Source: Eledone cirrhosa (lineage: Eukaryota). From it: a stretch of DNA of 64,000 nt. The notes beneath the pieces are model-generated. The model worked only from the letters and a program-made list of their open reading frames with translations, made no database searches and had not been told where the DNA came from. The stretch covers positions 34,596,001-34,660,000 of the forward strand of contig OZ024756.1 of assembly GCA_964016885.1 (NCBI GenBank), in the 5' to 3' direction. Shown here one piece after another: positions 44,456 through 58,330 of the stretch. The translations under genes were made by a program, and so were the position numbers. The stretch's first letter is position 1. The number at the start of each line of letters is the position of its first letter.

Positions 44456-45703
44456 TTCACTAGATGTATGCTTCAGACTGTCCTCATTTGGGGTTGGGGT
44501 GGAGTGGAGGTAGTGCATATTATATATATGTATGCTTCAGCTTCATCCTGTTTCTTTGGGAAGGCGGGTCTTCTGTATTACTGCATAAAGCCAGAGATCT
44601 CAGTCCTGTGTATATATATAGTATATAAAGTGCCATAGTCTACTACACCAAGTATCAAGTACTCTATTGAGTAAAGGCCTAACTAGTTTTAAACTGGTTC
44701 TATCCTGATTTATGTATATATCTATCATCATCATCATTTTACGTCCTCTTTTCCCTGCTTGCAAGGGTGGGACGGGAACTGATTCTGGTTTGATTTCTAC
44801 AGCTGGATGCCCTTCCTAACACCAACCTCATTTACAGTGTGCTGGGTGCTTTTCTTTTCCGTGGCACCTCCACGACCACTTTGCAGTGGAATGATAGGGA
44901 CACCAGTCCCTATCATCTCATTTCTACAGCTGAGTAAACTGGAGCAATATGAAATAAAGTGTCTTGCTCAAGGAAACAACACATCACCCGGTCTGAGAAT
45001 TGAACTCACAACCTTTCGATTGCAAGGCCAATGCTCTAACCACTAAGCCATGTGCCTCCATAAATACTGTTAAACAGATATTATAAATTATTTTAGTCCT
45101 TTTCCCATCCACAATTAAGTCAGTCAGTGAGTGTGTGTTTGTGTATCTTCTAATATCTTTCCATTTATCCAGTGGTTAACCTGGGGTGGCTAAGTTTCTC
45201 AAGTTTCTTCCTTTAGTTGAATAAGGTAGTGGAACAAACCAGGCGGACAGAGGCCTCTACACAACACAACCAAGGGGAAAAGGAAACAGTTGTTGCTTGC
45301 TGCAAAATCATGTAAAATATCCCAACTGCTCTGAGGAATTAAACTCCATAATTCTTAAATTCCAGAATTCATGAGGTACAGATTTCGATCCTTCGTAGCA
45401 GCTGCTGGTCGCTTTTTTCGGAGAATATGAATAATCTATTTACTTTCAATACCTTGTGAATTGAATTTGGTAAAGAGAAACTGTTTGGAAGTCTGTCATG
45501 TGTGTGATAGATATGAAGTAACACACACACATGACAGGCCTCTTTCCTCCTTTTCTTTCTTTTCCTATCTTTCTTTATCTCGGTCCCCTTCCCTCCCTTT
45601 TATTAGTCTACTTCCTGTTGATTCAACACTTTCAGTGGTTGGGTGTAAGGTGATGTTGAAGGGTGGTTGTATGGGTATAAATATTACACAAGATAGCTAA
45701 CTC

Positions 45704-45830
45704 TATATATTATATGTATGTATATATGAATGTTTGCATGTGTGTGTATGTATGTATGTATGTATATATGTGTGTGTGTGTGTGTGTGTGTAAATGTGTA
45801 TATATGTATGTGTGTGTATATGTATATCTT

Positions 45831-45871
<41 letters not shown>

Positions 45872-46017
45872 ATATATATATCTATATATGTGTGCGTGTA
45901 TATATATATATATGTGTGTGTATATATGTATATATGTGTGTGTTGTGTATATATATATATATGTGTGTTGTGAATATATATATATGTGTGTGTGTATATA
46001 TGTATATCTTTGTGTGT

Positions 46018-46056
<39 letters not shown>

Positions 46057-46078
46057 TCATATGTATATCTTTGTGTGT

Positions 46079-46111
<33 letters not shown>

Positions 46112-46232
46112 ATTCATATGTATATCTTTGTGTGTTGTGTATATGTGTGTGTGTGTGTGTGTATTCATATGTATATCTTTGTGTGTTGTGTATATATGTG
46201 TGTGTGTGTGTGTATTCATATGTATATCTTTG
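45704..46232. repeat. Compound (TA)/(TG) microsatellite with higher-order ~55-bp periodicity
   Basis: Repeated TATTCATATGTATATCTTTGTGTGTTGTGTATAT(GT)n. Confidence 0.9.
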
Positions 46233-46504
46233 AGTATGAGTCAGGACCACAACAGCTGACTTGCCAGTTCAAGCTGTTGAAACAGCAAGAGCTCAGCCGT
46301 TGGGGTTCTGACTCATTCATATAACCATATTCTACTACCCAAAGTATTGAGTACTCTGGTAAGTAATGGTCTAACCAATTTCTAATTGAGTCCATGCTGA
46401 TTTATATATATGTATATCTGTGTGTGTGTGTGTATCATAATCATCATCATCTTCATTGGTGATGATGATATACACACACACGCACATATATGTATATATG
46501 TACA

Positions 46505-46553
<49 letters not shown>

Positions 46554-47499
46554 ATATATGTGTGTGGTCTGGGGAATAGAAATTAGCTGCTAGTAGAAAC
46601 CATTATTGTAATTTAATATACATTTTCAAAGTCTAATATCCACAGCATAACTGACAATTTAACCTTATTTTGACATTCTCATTTGGAAACTTTCTTCTTT
46701 TTTTTTTTTTTAAATGCCTACATAGTTTAGCATATATATGTGTTAACTATTGTAATTATTAAGCATAAAATATTTAAAAACTGGTTACTTGATTCAAAGT
46801 AGCATATTTACTAGTATATTTACTAGTGGACAGATTAAGAAAATTGTAGTATTCGAGTAAAGACTAATTTTTAATGTGAATCAATCATGGTGTTGTTTTG
46901 TACTTTCCATGAAATTCTTGCTAATGTAGTTTCATTTGGTTTGTTAATTCATATGTTTAAAGTATCTATTGTATTTTCATGGTAAAGGCTTTATCTCACA
47001 TCTGAGATTTTGATGTTATTTATTTTGAGAACAATACCTTAACATCAGTATGAGTGGCCAATTACAGCTGGTTTGAACAGAAAGAGCTGAGAGAATTTTG
47101 GCTGGATATGCCAGTTTAAATGCTAAAAGATTAAACTGAAGTAAATACTTCATGTGATGCAGTCATCATACTATTTTATACTTTTCAAGAAGGTATTGAT
47201 AATGTTGTTTCATGTGGTACAGAATGTTAAGAGTTAAACTAATTCATAAGATTATATATCTAACACATGTATATGTTAATATTTTCATTACTATATTTCT
47301 AATGAAAACACTGCCTATAATTTGTAAAATATTTTCAAAATAAGAATTTGGAAGGATTTTGTAACATTATTAAGCTGGTGTTTTGAACAAAAGTTCTTAC
47401 CTAAAATTATGATGGAAGGTTTATTTTTTTAATTTATTTATTTCTAATGAAAGAAAGACTTAGGTAAGAGCTGTAAATTACATTAGGTGAAGGTAATTG

Positions 47500-47720
47500 A
47501 ACATTAAACCTGACTATATCCAAGTATTGTCAACTTTATATTAGGTAGAGAGGCAGGTGTATAACAACAAACCTGACTATATCCAGGTATTGTCAACTTT
47601 ATATTAGGTAAACAGAGTGCTAGCTGTATAACATTAAACGTAATTATATCCAAGTATTGTCAACTTTATATTAGGTAGGTAAACAATATTAAACCTCCCT
47701 ATATCCAGGTGTTATAAGCT
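47500..47720. repeat. Degenerate ~60-65-bp tandem repeat, 4 copies
   Basis: AAACCTGACTATATCCAAGTATTGTCAACTTTATATTAGGTA recurs. Confidence 0.8.
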
Positions 47721-47898
47721 TATATACCCAGTTGTCATTCTTCATAGCTGATAATATCTTTACTTTCTATTTCAGCATTTTTTATCTTGTATTATGTTTA
47801 TTTTTACTTTCAAGATTATGTAACGCTAACTTCTGAGAAATGTCTGAGGGTTTCTTATTAAAACATTTGGCAAGTGTAGGTGTGTTTGTTTGTTTGTA

Positions 47899-47955
<57 letters not shown>

Positions 47956-49733
47956 CGGTGAAGGGAACTGGTTTTTTTTTCTCTTTAAAAAATTTATTTT
48001 CTGCCACTGCTCATCTCCTTAGTTTTTCTATTTCTTCTTTGTCTCATTCTATTTTATGATGAAAGACTAGTGTCTGAAACGTTAAGACTTTTTTCCTACT
48101 ATATCAAGCATAAAATTAATAAAACATTTCTTCATTGTACTGTGTCATTTGCCTTTTGCATATATATATTTGTATTGTATATAATTATATCCAATATGCC
48201 CCTAGTAATCCCACTCTCTGCATTTAACACATCCTCTACGGACGTGACCTGACCTGTTTATACTGAAGACAGTAGCTCCGATTAAATATTATTTTATTCT
48301 GCAAGAACTTGTCCAATCCATACCAGCATGAAAGCACAAGCATAAGATGGTTGTGATGATGTTGATGGTGGTGAGAATTTTGATGATGGTGGTGGTGGTG
48401 GTGAGGATGTTGGTATGTATTTACATACCTTTTGTTCATGTTCATAGATATTCCAAGTGTTAAATATGCAAATGATATGCAAATGTAACACTCATTATGC
48501 CAGCTAATTATTTTGGTGTGACTTTATACAGTGTTATTCCAAGCATCACAAACACTTGTTACGAGGTGTTGTAAATATTACCTCTCGTTCTATCTACCTG
48601 TCTTCTTTCTCTCGTGCTCACATAGATTTCTTCTGAACTTTAATTCAATACAGGTAAAAATATTTGAAGAATCTCAAGGTGTACACATCTGCATTACCCT
48701 TCATTTTGATTGCTCTAGCACTGGTGGCAGTGGTGGTGGTGGTGGTGGAGTTCCTCCATTGGTAGTTGAGCAAAGGTGCGTGGCTTAGTAGTTAGGATGT
48801 TAGCCCCACAAACATAAGGTTATACACTTTATTTTATGATTTAAAGTTTGATTCCAGCTTAACCCTAAAGTCCTCTGTCTTAACTTTGGATGCTTTTACT
48901 GTCTCTGTTACGACTTTTCGTGCCTGCTTGGACCACAGTACAAGAAGGAGGACTTAGAACTGCACTAACGGGGGGCATATGCACCCCCGGGGGGCGTTTG
49001 GGAGCAAGGTCATGTTAGGGGGGCGCTGGAAGGGTCTTTATTTTGGTAAGTTTTATAAGCCATATTTGTTTGTCTTTGAGACAGCCAGTGTGAATGCATT
49101 TGAATGAGTTGCAGACAGCATAACTATAGTCTGACTGCAGCTGTGAGCAGGTGTGCAGGTATGTCCGGTAATTGAGATCCTAAAAATGGAAAAACCCACA
49201 GTCAACTGAGTCAAAGACACTTTGAGCGCAGCCAGTTACATTGTTATCTGTGAAGGAAAGATAAGATTCTATTTCATGTCTGAAATTATTGACTCAACCG
49301 TAACGAGTTAACACTATGTAGATCTATTTTATTCCCTATTGTATAAATAATATTACAAATAAAAAAAAAAAGAAAAGAAAAAACAGAATCGAGTAGCACA
49401 CACATCTAGGACCACATACAACACATAATCAGATAATACACACATCTAGGATGTTTCGTGATTTCGAGGGACAAATGGGTTGAGAACCTGTGCACTAAGC
49501 CATGTGCCTTTCATTATCACCATTTTATGTCCGTCCGCTTTGTGTGTATATATGTGTTTGTATGTGTATATCCATCATTAAAACAGCCACTCATACCAAT
49601 AGACCTAAGTAGAAGACCATGTATCTGTATGTGTTAGGATTTCTTCGTTGAAAAACTCTGAGAACATCAAAAACATCACTAGTAGTGAGATTGCAGTATT
49701 TCAAGTGGGAGAAAATATACACACATACATATA

Positions 49734-49782
<49 letters not shown>

Positions 49783-50239
49783 TAACAGAAGAGATTGAGT
49801 TCTTGAGACGTCACTTAACTCTGTAGTCTGTCTGATTCTAATATTGATATTTTCAATAATGTCACATCATATGTGTGTGTGTGTGTGTATAAATATATGT
49901 TTATATATATATATCACATCATATGTGTGTGTGTGTGTGTGTATAAATAAATGTTTATATATATATATATATATGCATTTATGTATGCATTCCACACTGT
50001 AAAGTGATCGTGTAGGTAACATGATAAAAAAACACCCAGTTCAAACTGTGAAGTGGTTGTTTTGGTTCCATGATAAAAAGCACCGAGTCCACACTGTAAA
50101 TGTGGTTGGCATTAGGAAGGGCATCCAGCCGTAGAAACCAATCCAGAATCAGTTCTGTATGAGCAAGACACTATCATCTGATGTCATCACTGTCATCACA
50201 ATTGGACAACTCGTCTAACCCTTGCTAGTGTGGAAAAAT

Positions 50240-50403
50240 GGAAACATTGTTTCCTTGGTCTGATCTGATGGTCAATAGATAGTCCAGCAATGGAAAGACC
50301 AATGGAACATTGTTTCCTTGCTCTGATCTGATGGTCAACAGATAATCCAGCAATGGATAGACCAATGGAAACATTAATTACTTGGTCCCATCTGATGGTC
50401 AAC
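50240..50403. repeat. ~63-bp tandem repeat, about 2.5 copies
   Basis: CATTGTTTCCTTG.TCTGATCTGATGGTCAA.AGATA.TCCAGCAATGGA.AGACCAATGGA recurs. Confidence 0.8.
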
Positions 50404-51324
50404 TTCTTTCTTAATTTTGGACAATGGAAGTAGTATGTCTGAAGGAGGCATACCGTTCATAGACAGGTCTTTGATCATGGAGCTGGTGTGTAAAGTCTGA
50501 CCTGGGGCTAAACGTTTAACATTCTACCCCCCAAAGAACTAATTAATTTTGATAACATTTCAGTAAATGGCTGTTTTGGTTGAGAAAGGAGAGAGAGAGA
50601 ATGAGTGAGTGAATTGTGTCTTTATAGTTTTTTATTTCCTTCTTAATAGAAAAGTAAATAAATAAATGCTATGTATTTTGCTTTGCTTGCCTGTGATAAG
50701 ACATTTGAGGTCAAGTGACTAACAGCTGGGCACCCCTCCCTTCTCTCTCTTTCTCAGTCATTCCAATGACAGTGTAAATAATTTTGAGGTGCAGTGAAGG
50801 TGTTTGTTTTTTTTCCTTTTTTGTATATCATAGAGAGACATGGTGAGTGGTGAACAAGAATAATCTGTTCACGTGAAATGTGAGCAAGAAAATTCGGGGG
50901 AAAAACACAAGCAATATTTGAAGATCTTTCTTTAGCTAAAATTTGATTTCATCTATGTGGCCAAAAGGTTAGGGTGTTGGTCTCGTGATCATAAGGTCAT
51001 AGGTTCGATTCCTGAACAGGGTAGCATGTGTTCATGAGCGACCCCTAAAATTCTGAGGTGTAATTCAGGTTTAGGCCTATATTCGCCGGACAAGGAGTGT
51101 TAGGCAAGGAGGTTCATTGTTTACCCCTCAGTGGTAAAGGTTCACATTTTATATTTGGCAGACAAGTCGACCCCTGATTTTGGAGAGATATTTTTAGGCT
51201 CCAAATGTCGACTTGTATGCCAGCATATACGGTACATTTTTTTAAAAACATTTTGGAGTGTTTTTTTTTTGTCTTTTTTTTTCACTTGGTTTTCATTCTT
51301 TTTTTTAGCCGTTTCCTTATAAAC

Positions 51325-52497
51325 ATGTTTTCTCGATTCAAGAAGACGCAGGTTATGGAGCCTGAGAAACCAATGGCAATATCATCGCCTTATAATGTCA
51401 AGCAGAACTTCCATGTGGGTTTTGATCATGAGACAAAGATGTTTGTTGGGATGCCACAAACCTGGAAAGCTCTCCTCAATAAATCAAATATTACGTAAGG
51501 AGCCATTTCTTTTTCACTATCTTTCGTTTCTTCAACAAATTCTTCACTTTATATATATTTATACTCGCACATATAGATGTCAGATGCTGTGACTCCAGGT
51601 GGGGCAGCAGTACCATAGGTAGGGGTCAAAACTGCCAAAGTCCACCTCAATAGCTGATAACCCTGGAGCTCTGTGTCCTTTGTAATTTTATTTTCAAAAA
51701 ATTATTTTTTAAGGTTTCCTTTTAAAAAATTGTTTCTCATTCGTTGTCTTGTCCTCTTTGTTATTTTTCTTATGTATATTAATCATGCACATATAGATAT
51801 TCATACTTATACCGTGACAAGTGGAGAGATGCTGTGGTGAATAGGACCCATCCAACCCTTGCAAGCAGGGAAAAGCGGACGTAAAATGATGATGATGATG
51901 ATACATACACATGTAGATATACACACTTATATATATATATATATACCCACACTTTGAAGTGGTTGTATAAGAGACACAGCAAAAAGCACCCAGCACACAC
52001 TATCAATGTGGTTGGCGTTAGGAAGGGCATCCAGCCATAGAAAACCTGCCAGAAACAGTTTTATATGAGCGAGACACAGTCACCCAACTAAACTTGCCTC
52101 AAATGGGACAAACCTGTCTAACCCATGCTAGCGTGGAAGATAGACATTAAATGATGATGATGATACACATATAGATATACACACTTATACATACACATAT
52201 AGATATATACATATATATTTATACATTCACATATAGTCTTGTGCCAAAAGAAGAAACAATTATTATTTTTATTTTCTTCTTCAGAACAGAAGAGCAGGAA
52301 GAGAGTCCAGAAACCGTAATAACGGCACTGAAGACATTCCAGAAGTCAATTAAACGGAAACCTTCAGATGCCAAGTTTATGATGGTGGCCTCCAATATCA
52401 GAGAATCAGATGATGAGATTGAAAACATTTCACAGGAATCCGATGATAAAGAGGTGAATAAACTTGCTGTACTACACACAGACATAAACACATATGA

Positions 52498-52532
<35 letters not shown>

Positions 52533-52590
52533 TATGTCACATACACACGCTCAGACACAAACACATGCACACACTGACACAGATGCATAT

Positions 52591-52687
<97 letters not shown>

Positions 52688-55600
52688 TTTATTTAGTTGT
52701 GCGAGTGTCACCGGTGTATTGTACCATTTCTGGTAGCAAAGGAAGAATCTGAGGCTAGAATATAGAAAAGGAAGATCAGAACACTAGAAATATTGAATAA
52801 CAAGCAAGGAAAATTATGTCCAAATAAAAAAATCTTTTTTGTTTTATTTACACTATATAAGATCGTTACATTACTACATAGAAAAATAGCATACACAATT
52901 AATCTAGCCTTAATAATGAAGAAAATAATTTAACCCTTTAGTATTTAAACTGGCTGTATCTAGCCAGAATTCTCTCACCTCCTTCTGTTCAAACTGGCTG
53001 TAACTGGTCACTCATACAGATGTTATGGTATTGTTCTCAAAATAAATTATATCAAAATCTCATAGATTTGATATTATGTGAGGTAAAGCCTTTACCATGA
53101 AAATACAATAGTATATATAGAGTAATGTAAATGCTAAAGGGTTAATGTGGTGTGTGCATTGGTTTTGGTTTAAGTTTTAATGAATGCTAGGCCAAACAAT
53201 AAATACTTTCTGAAATCATAATTCTTTTCTATCAAATATTACTGTGTTGAAAAGAATCCATTTGCACAAAAAGTATTTAACAAGAAGAATTTAGAAAGAT
53301 ATGAATCCAAAAAACATGGATTCAAGAGAAATATGGAGATTTCTTAATTAGCCTATGATATTCATCTAGTTTTAAAATCTAACACATGACCGAAATCTAG
53401 AATGTGCTTGGACCCAAAATTTAATGTGTCAAGTAACAGGCTTAAGTTTCTAACAAATGGCCTAACTCAAGTGTATATCCACAGAGAGAGTATGTTTGAT
53501 AGACGAGGCAATTTCATTTCACTTCCTCGGTGTGTCCCAAAGGTGGGTGGTGGAGTCCATTCTACAGGTGTATTGAATTCTGTAATTAGTTGTGTAGGTG
53601 TCACCAATTTATTAAGCTATTTCTGACAACAGAAGGATGGTGAACTAACCTCGGATGATACGATCGATGGTGTTCAGGAAAGGATAAAGGAGAACCCTGA
53701 AGAAGGAGTAACTCGACGGAAGAAAGACGATCGTACAAAGACCATGTCTGATGAAGAAGTCCGGAAAGCACTTGGTAAATAATATTTCTCTTTGTATGTG
53801 AAGGCATGTGATCTAATAGTTTGGATGTTGGACTCACAATTATGAGGTTGTAGGTTCAGTTCCTAGTCTGGGCGATGTTTTCCATTCTTGAGCAAGATGC
53901 TTCATTTCATGGTAGGACATTAAAACACTGAAGAAAGCTCCCTTCCATGAGATACAACCACAGGAGGCCAGCTAAACCGACACAGGTGGGAGTTGTATCA
54001 ACAACATACATATGTGTTTTTATGGATAGCACTGCCGACCCCTGACATTAAAACACTTGAAACACTTCCTCTGTGGTTGCATCTCATAATAGGTTAGCTA
54101 ATCCGACATAGGTGTGAGCTGTAAATTTCACTTTAAATATAACATGTCATCTCTCTCTCGTGTTGGCAATTGTTGTCTTTTTTTCCTGGTTCTTCTCTTT
54201 AAAAAGTGTTTATAATTTGAAAATATATGTCTTGCTTTTTGAAAGTAGCCACATTGCAGAAGAACTACAAATGATAGTTGAACAAGTCAGATAAAGATCC
54301 CCATATCTGTCATAAGCTGGATGACCATGTTTAATCATGGCACCAAAGAGATCCTAGCCACTCTTTCCAGTCATTTAGTAGCCTCTTTTTCTCCCGTTTA
54401 TATGGGTACTTTACCCAACCTGTTCAAATATTATTTATAGTTCATCCATCTTCATTGTGGCTGCCTTCAAAAAGGAGAATGTATTTTCAAATGACTTCAA
54501 TGCTTCATAAATAAAACAATGACATACATTATTATTCTCATTGCAGAAGCTTTAGTGAACTCTGATAACCCTCAAGAAAAATACATACTGGGAGCAGACG
54601 TAGGTGCTGGGTATGTTACTACTGATATACTATGTTGTTGTTGTTGTGTAGCTCCCAAATCAAGTGATTAAGCTGACTTAGATGCTCATAGGTCTACTGG
54701 ATCAGATCTGACCTTGGGCTAAATAACAACAGTATTTGTTTCATTACTGGAACACTTTTGATCAAAGGCCTACTGGATCAGGTTTGACTTTTGGCTGGAA
54801 CCCCTCTTTCCTGACATTTGTACATTATTCTATGTACTATACATGCACCTTTGATATGTTGTTGTGCACCTGAGAACTACACAAGCATTATATGCCCACC
54901 ATAGAATGAAAGTATGATCAAATCTTCACTTAACTCCATCAACTATATCTTCTCAGTTGTCTCCTCGTGTTTTTATTTTATTTATTTTAATGTGATTATC
55001 TCCCTTGCATTTAACCAATCTTCGTCATAAAAAAAATCATGTATGTTTTCCATGCTGGTATGGGTTAGCCAGGTTGTCACAGTGAGAGACTAGGCCTTAT
55101 CGGGAAAGCACGTCTTTCCCATGCATTCCATCTTTGGTTATGGTTTCTACAGCTAACAGCCCTATCTAACACCGACCATTTGACAGTGTGCACTGGGTAC
55201 ATTTTATTGCAATACTAATAATTGTTTCTACTTTTGGCACAAAGCCAACAATTACCCCGTAACGACATGCTTTGCAGCATGGAGTTACGGCCTTTTATGG
55301 TCTGAGTCCAAATTCCGCCGAGGTTAACTTTGCCTTTCGTACCAGTAATGCACTGGGGTCAATTTAATCGATATTTGCTGGTCTTGTGCCAAATGTAGAA
55401 ACAATTATTATTGTTATCAGGACAGTGGATTGGCAAAATTGATAGAGCATTGGACAAAATGCTTTGCAGTATTTAGTTATGGCCCTTTATGTTCTGAGGT
55501 TAGCTTTGCCTTTCATCCTTACAGGGTCGATAAAATAAAGTACCAGTAATGCACTGGAGTCAATTTAATCGACTTCCCCTCCCCTTCAAATTGCTGGCCT

Positions 55601-56253
55601 TGTGCCTAAAGTAGAAACTATTATTATTATTATTTTCTCTCTATTTCTAAGGGCATCTGGAGCAGTTTCCAAGGCAACTGAGAAAAATACAAACAACATA
55701 GTCGCTATAAAGAAAATGAATTTACACAACCAGCCGAAGAAAGAATTGATTATTACAGAAATAGAAGTTTTAAAAGAAGTGAGTCATCCGAATCTCGTGA
55801 ACTTCCTGGACTGCTATCTGGTCGTAGATAACCTGTGGGTTGTCATGGAGTTTCTGGATGGCGGGGCACTCACCGACGTTGTCATGGAGACGGTTATGAA
55901 TGAGGGTCAAATCGCGGCCGTGTGTCGGGAAAGTCTACGAGGACTCGACTACCTTCACCAACGCAATATCATACACAGGGACATAAAGAGTGACAATGTG
56001 TTGCTTGGTTTGGATGGTCAAGTGAAACTCACTGACTTTGGTTTTTGTGCACAGTTATTTGAATCAAACAGTCAGCGTCATACGATGGTCGGAACACCTT
56101 ACTGGATGGCACCAGAAGTCGTCTCACGGTAAATTTCCTTTATATTTTCCTCATATATATACTGTAGTCAGTATATGTAGATAATTATAATAGACACAGA
56201 AACATATGTTAAAGCAAATAAATTCCTTTATATTTTTCTTGGTGCAATACTTG

Positions 56254-56293
<40 letters not shown>

Positions 56294-56706
56294 ATCATCA
56301 CTGTTTTACATCCACTTTTCCACGCTAATATGGCTTTGTGGTTAATTTGTTCACACGTCTTTGTTCTTCTTCTTCTAGGAAACCGTATGGAAATAAAGTT
56401 GACATTTGGAGTCTGGGCATCATGATAATAGAAATGTTGGAAGGGGAACCACCATACCTGTCCGAACGGCCTCTCAAAGCCATCTTTATGATTGCCAAAT
56501 ATGGTAAACCTGAAATCAAAAAGGAAGAGACATTGTCACCCAATCTGCGGGAGTTCATCTACAAATGTCTTGAAGTCGAAGTAGAATCTCGAGCCTCAGC
56601 CAAGGAACTACTGCGTCACTCATTCCTCTCCAATTGTAAACCTCTCTCCTCACTCAAACCTCTCATCGTGGCAGCACGGGAAGTCCGCGGCTTATCATCA
56701 GAGTAA
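51325..56706 (+). CDS. Group I p21-activated Ser/Thr kinase (STE20/PAK family), 449 aa
   Basis: Exons 51325-51494 (CRIB-like [22 protein letters not shown]), 52285-52453, 53633-53774, 54547-54610, 55652-56128, 56379-56706(TAA); 1350 nt. Motifs [51 protein letters not shown]. The frame is open for 5 codons upstream of the ATG, so an extra upstream coding exon is not excluded. Confidence 0.93.
52934..53141. mobile_element. piggyBac-like MITE
   Basis: TTAA-CCCTTTAG...CTAAAGGG-TTAA; related copies at 57226-57442, about 21060-21260 and about 46960-47135. Confidence 0.8.
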
Positions 56707-57225
56707 ATGGAAGAATTTAATTAATTTTTTTTTTTTTAATCTGAATTACATTTTTCTGATTTAAATTTTTTTTTTTTTCCAATTTTCTACTAAACCTATT
56801 TTATTATTTGACCAATAAGATCCTAAAGAATGATTCATTTCTTTTTTTTTCTCTCTCATTTTGTGTTTTTTGTTTTTTCGTTATTTGGGTTTTCTCATTT
56901 TCATCTTTTCATGTTTTACGGGCATGGCCTAGTGGTTAGATCGTTGGAGTCACATCTGTAAGGTTGTAGGTTTGATTCCTGGACTGGGTGGCATATTATG
57001 TTCTTTAGCAAAAACCTTCATTTCACATTGCTTTTCATAATTGGACTGAGGTTCCTGTCATTAAAATACCCAAGAAACCTTCGAGATACAGCCTCATAAG
57101 CAGCCAGTTTAAATCTAAATGAGCTATTTCATTTCATCTTTTCATATTGTCCTTAAAAACTTGGACTCAGTGGGTCTCATTACTGGCACTTATAAATCTC
57201 GTTACTAACTAGTTATTACTATTAA

Positions 57226-57442
57226 CCCTTTAGCATTTAAACCGACCGTATCCGGCCAGAATTCTCTCACCTCTTTTTCTTCAAACCAGCTGTAACTGGC
57301 CACTTATACTGATGTTAACATATTGTTCTCAAAAGGAATATCAAAACCTCATAGATTCGATATTATGAGATTAATTATGTGTGGTAAAACCTTTAGTGTG
57401 AAAATACAATAGTAAATACAGAGTAATGTAAATACTAAAGGG
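57226..57442. mobile_element. piggyBac-like MITE (same family as 52934-53141)
   Basis: TTAA at 57222-57225 and 57443-57446; TIR CCCTTTAG.ATTTA. Confidence 0.8.
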
Positions 57443-58272
57443 TTAATTTGTTTGTTCTCTTTCAATTATCATTAACTGTTTCATAAATACATACGCGCAC
57501 GCGCGCACACACGCGCACACACACGCGCACACACACCATCACCTCAGACATACATGCTCCATGTACACACACACACACCCACCCACCCATACCACATTAT
57601 GGACATTCACACACACTTTATACATTATTCTATGTACTATACATAGAATATAATAAGCATGTACCTTTGATGAGTTGTAGTGCACCTGAGCACTGTACAC
57701 AATAATTTTCATTATTAACTATGGGTTGGCAGTATCAGTAGAGGGTCGGACCCTATGCCTTGCAGCATAGAGTTACTGCCCTTTGCGGTCTGAGGTTAAT
57801 TTTGCCTTTCATCCTTACGGGGTCGATAAAATAAAGTACCAGTAATACACTGGGCTAATTTCTGGCCTTGTGCCAAAAGTAGAAACAATTATTATTATAA
57901 GTATGTAAACATAAGGGACTTATGTAATTTCCTTCTACCAAATTCCACTCAAAGTATTTTAGCAGAGCACCATGACCTCAACTAGAAAGCTTATCTTGTT
58001 CAATTTACTATTGTACTGCTTAGGTTACAAGCACTTTTTAATATTGGATCCTGTTGGTGTGGGAACAGAGTTAATTATTTTTTTAATAAAATGACATATA
58101 TATATATAAATTTTGGGTATGTATGGTTATTTACCAACACATACTCAAAACTGGATATGATTCCAGTTCCTCGTAGGACTAACAACACACCCAGGAGCTG
58201 GACATATCGATGAATTGACAGAGTGGAACACATTTCAACACCATGTTTACCTGTTCTTTCTACATTAATTCG

Positions 58273-58330
58273 TATTGCCTGAAGAGGTCACAGCCAATAA
58301 TAGCTGTCACTGAAATATATATAGCAGATA
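58273..58330 (+). ncRNA. Type I hammerhead ribozyme, intact core
   Basis: UAUUGC-CUGAAGA-GGUcACAGC CAAUAAUA GCUGUcACU-GAAA-UAUAUA-UA-GCAgAUA. Confidence 0.75.

Noticed and set aside
43919-44638. 239-aa Cys/His-rich ORF and overlapping ORFs
   Set aside because: Translation of the 47-bp tandem repeat; open in all three frames with no splice or domain support.
45710-46324. YI/CV/HT-repeat ORFs here and at many other positions
   Set aside because: Microsatellite translations.
50840-51365. Upstream PAK exon ending ATG|GTGAGT that would create an overlapping uORF
   Set aside because: Only a donor-like hexamer supports it; no transcript evidence.
53745-53775. CTGATGA...GAAA hammerhead-like motif
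   Set aside because: Lies in PAK coding sequence (SDEEVRK) and stems I-III cannot be formed.
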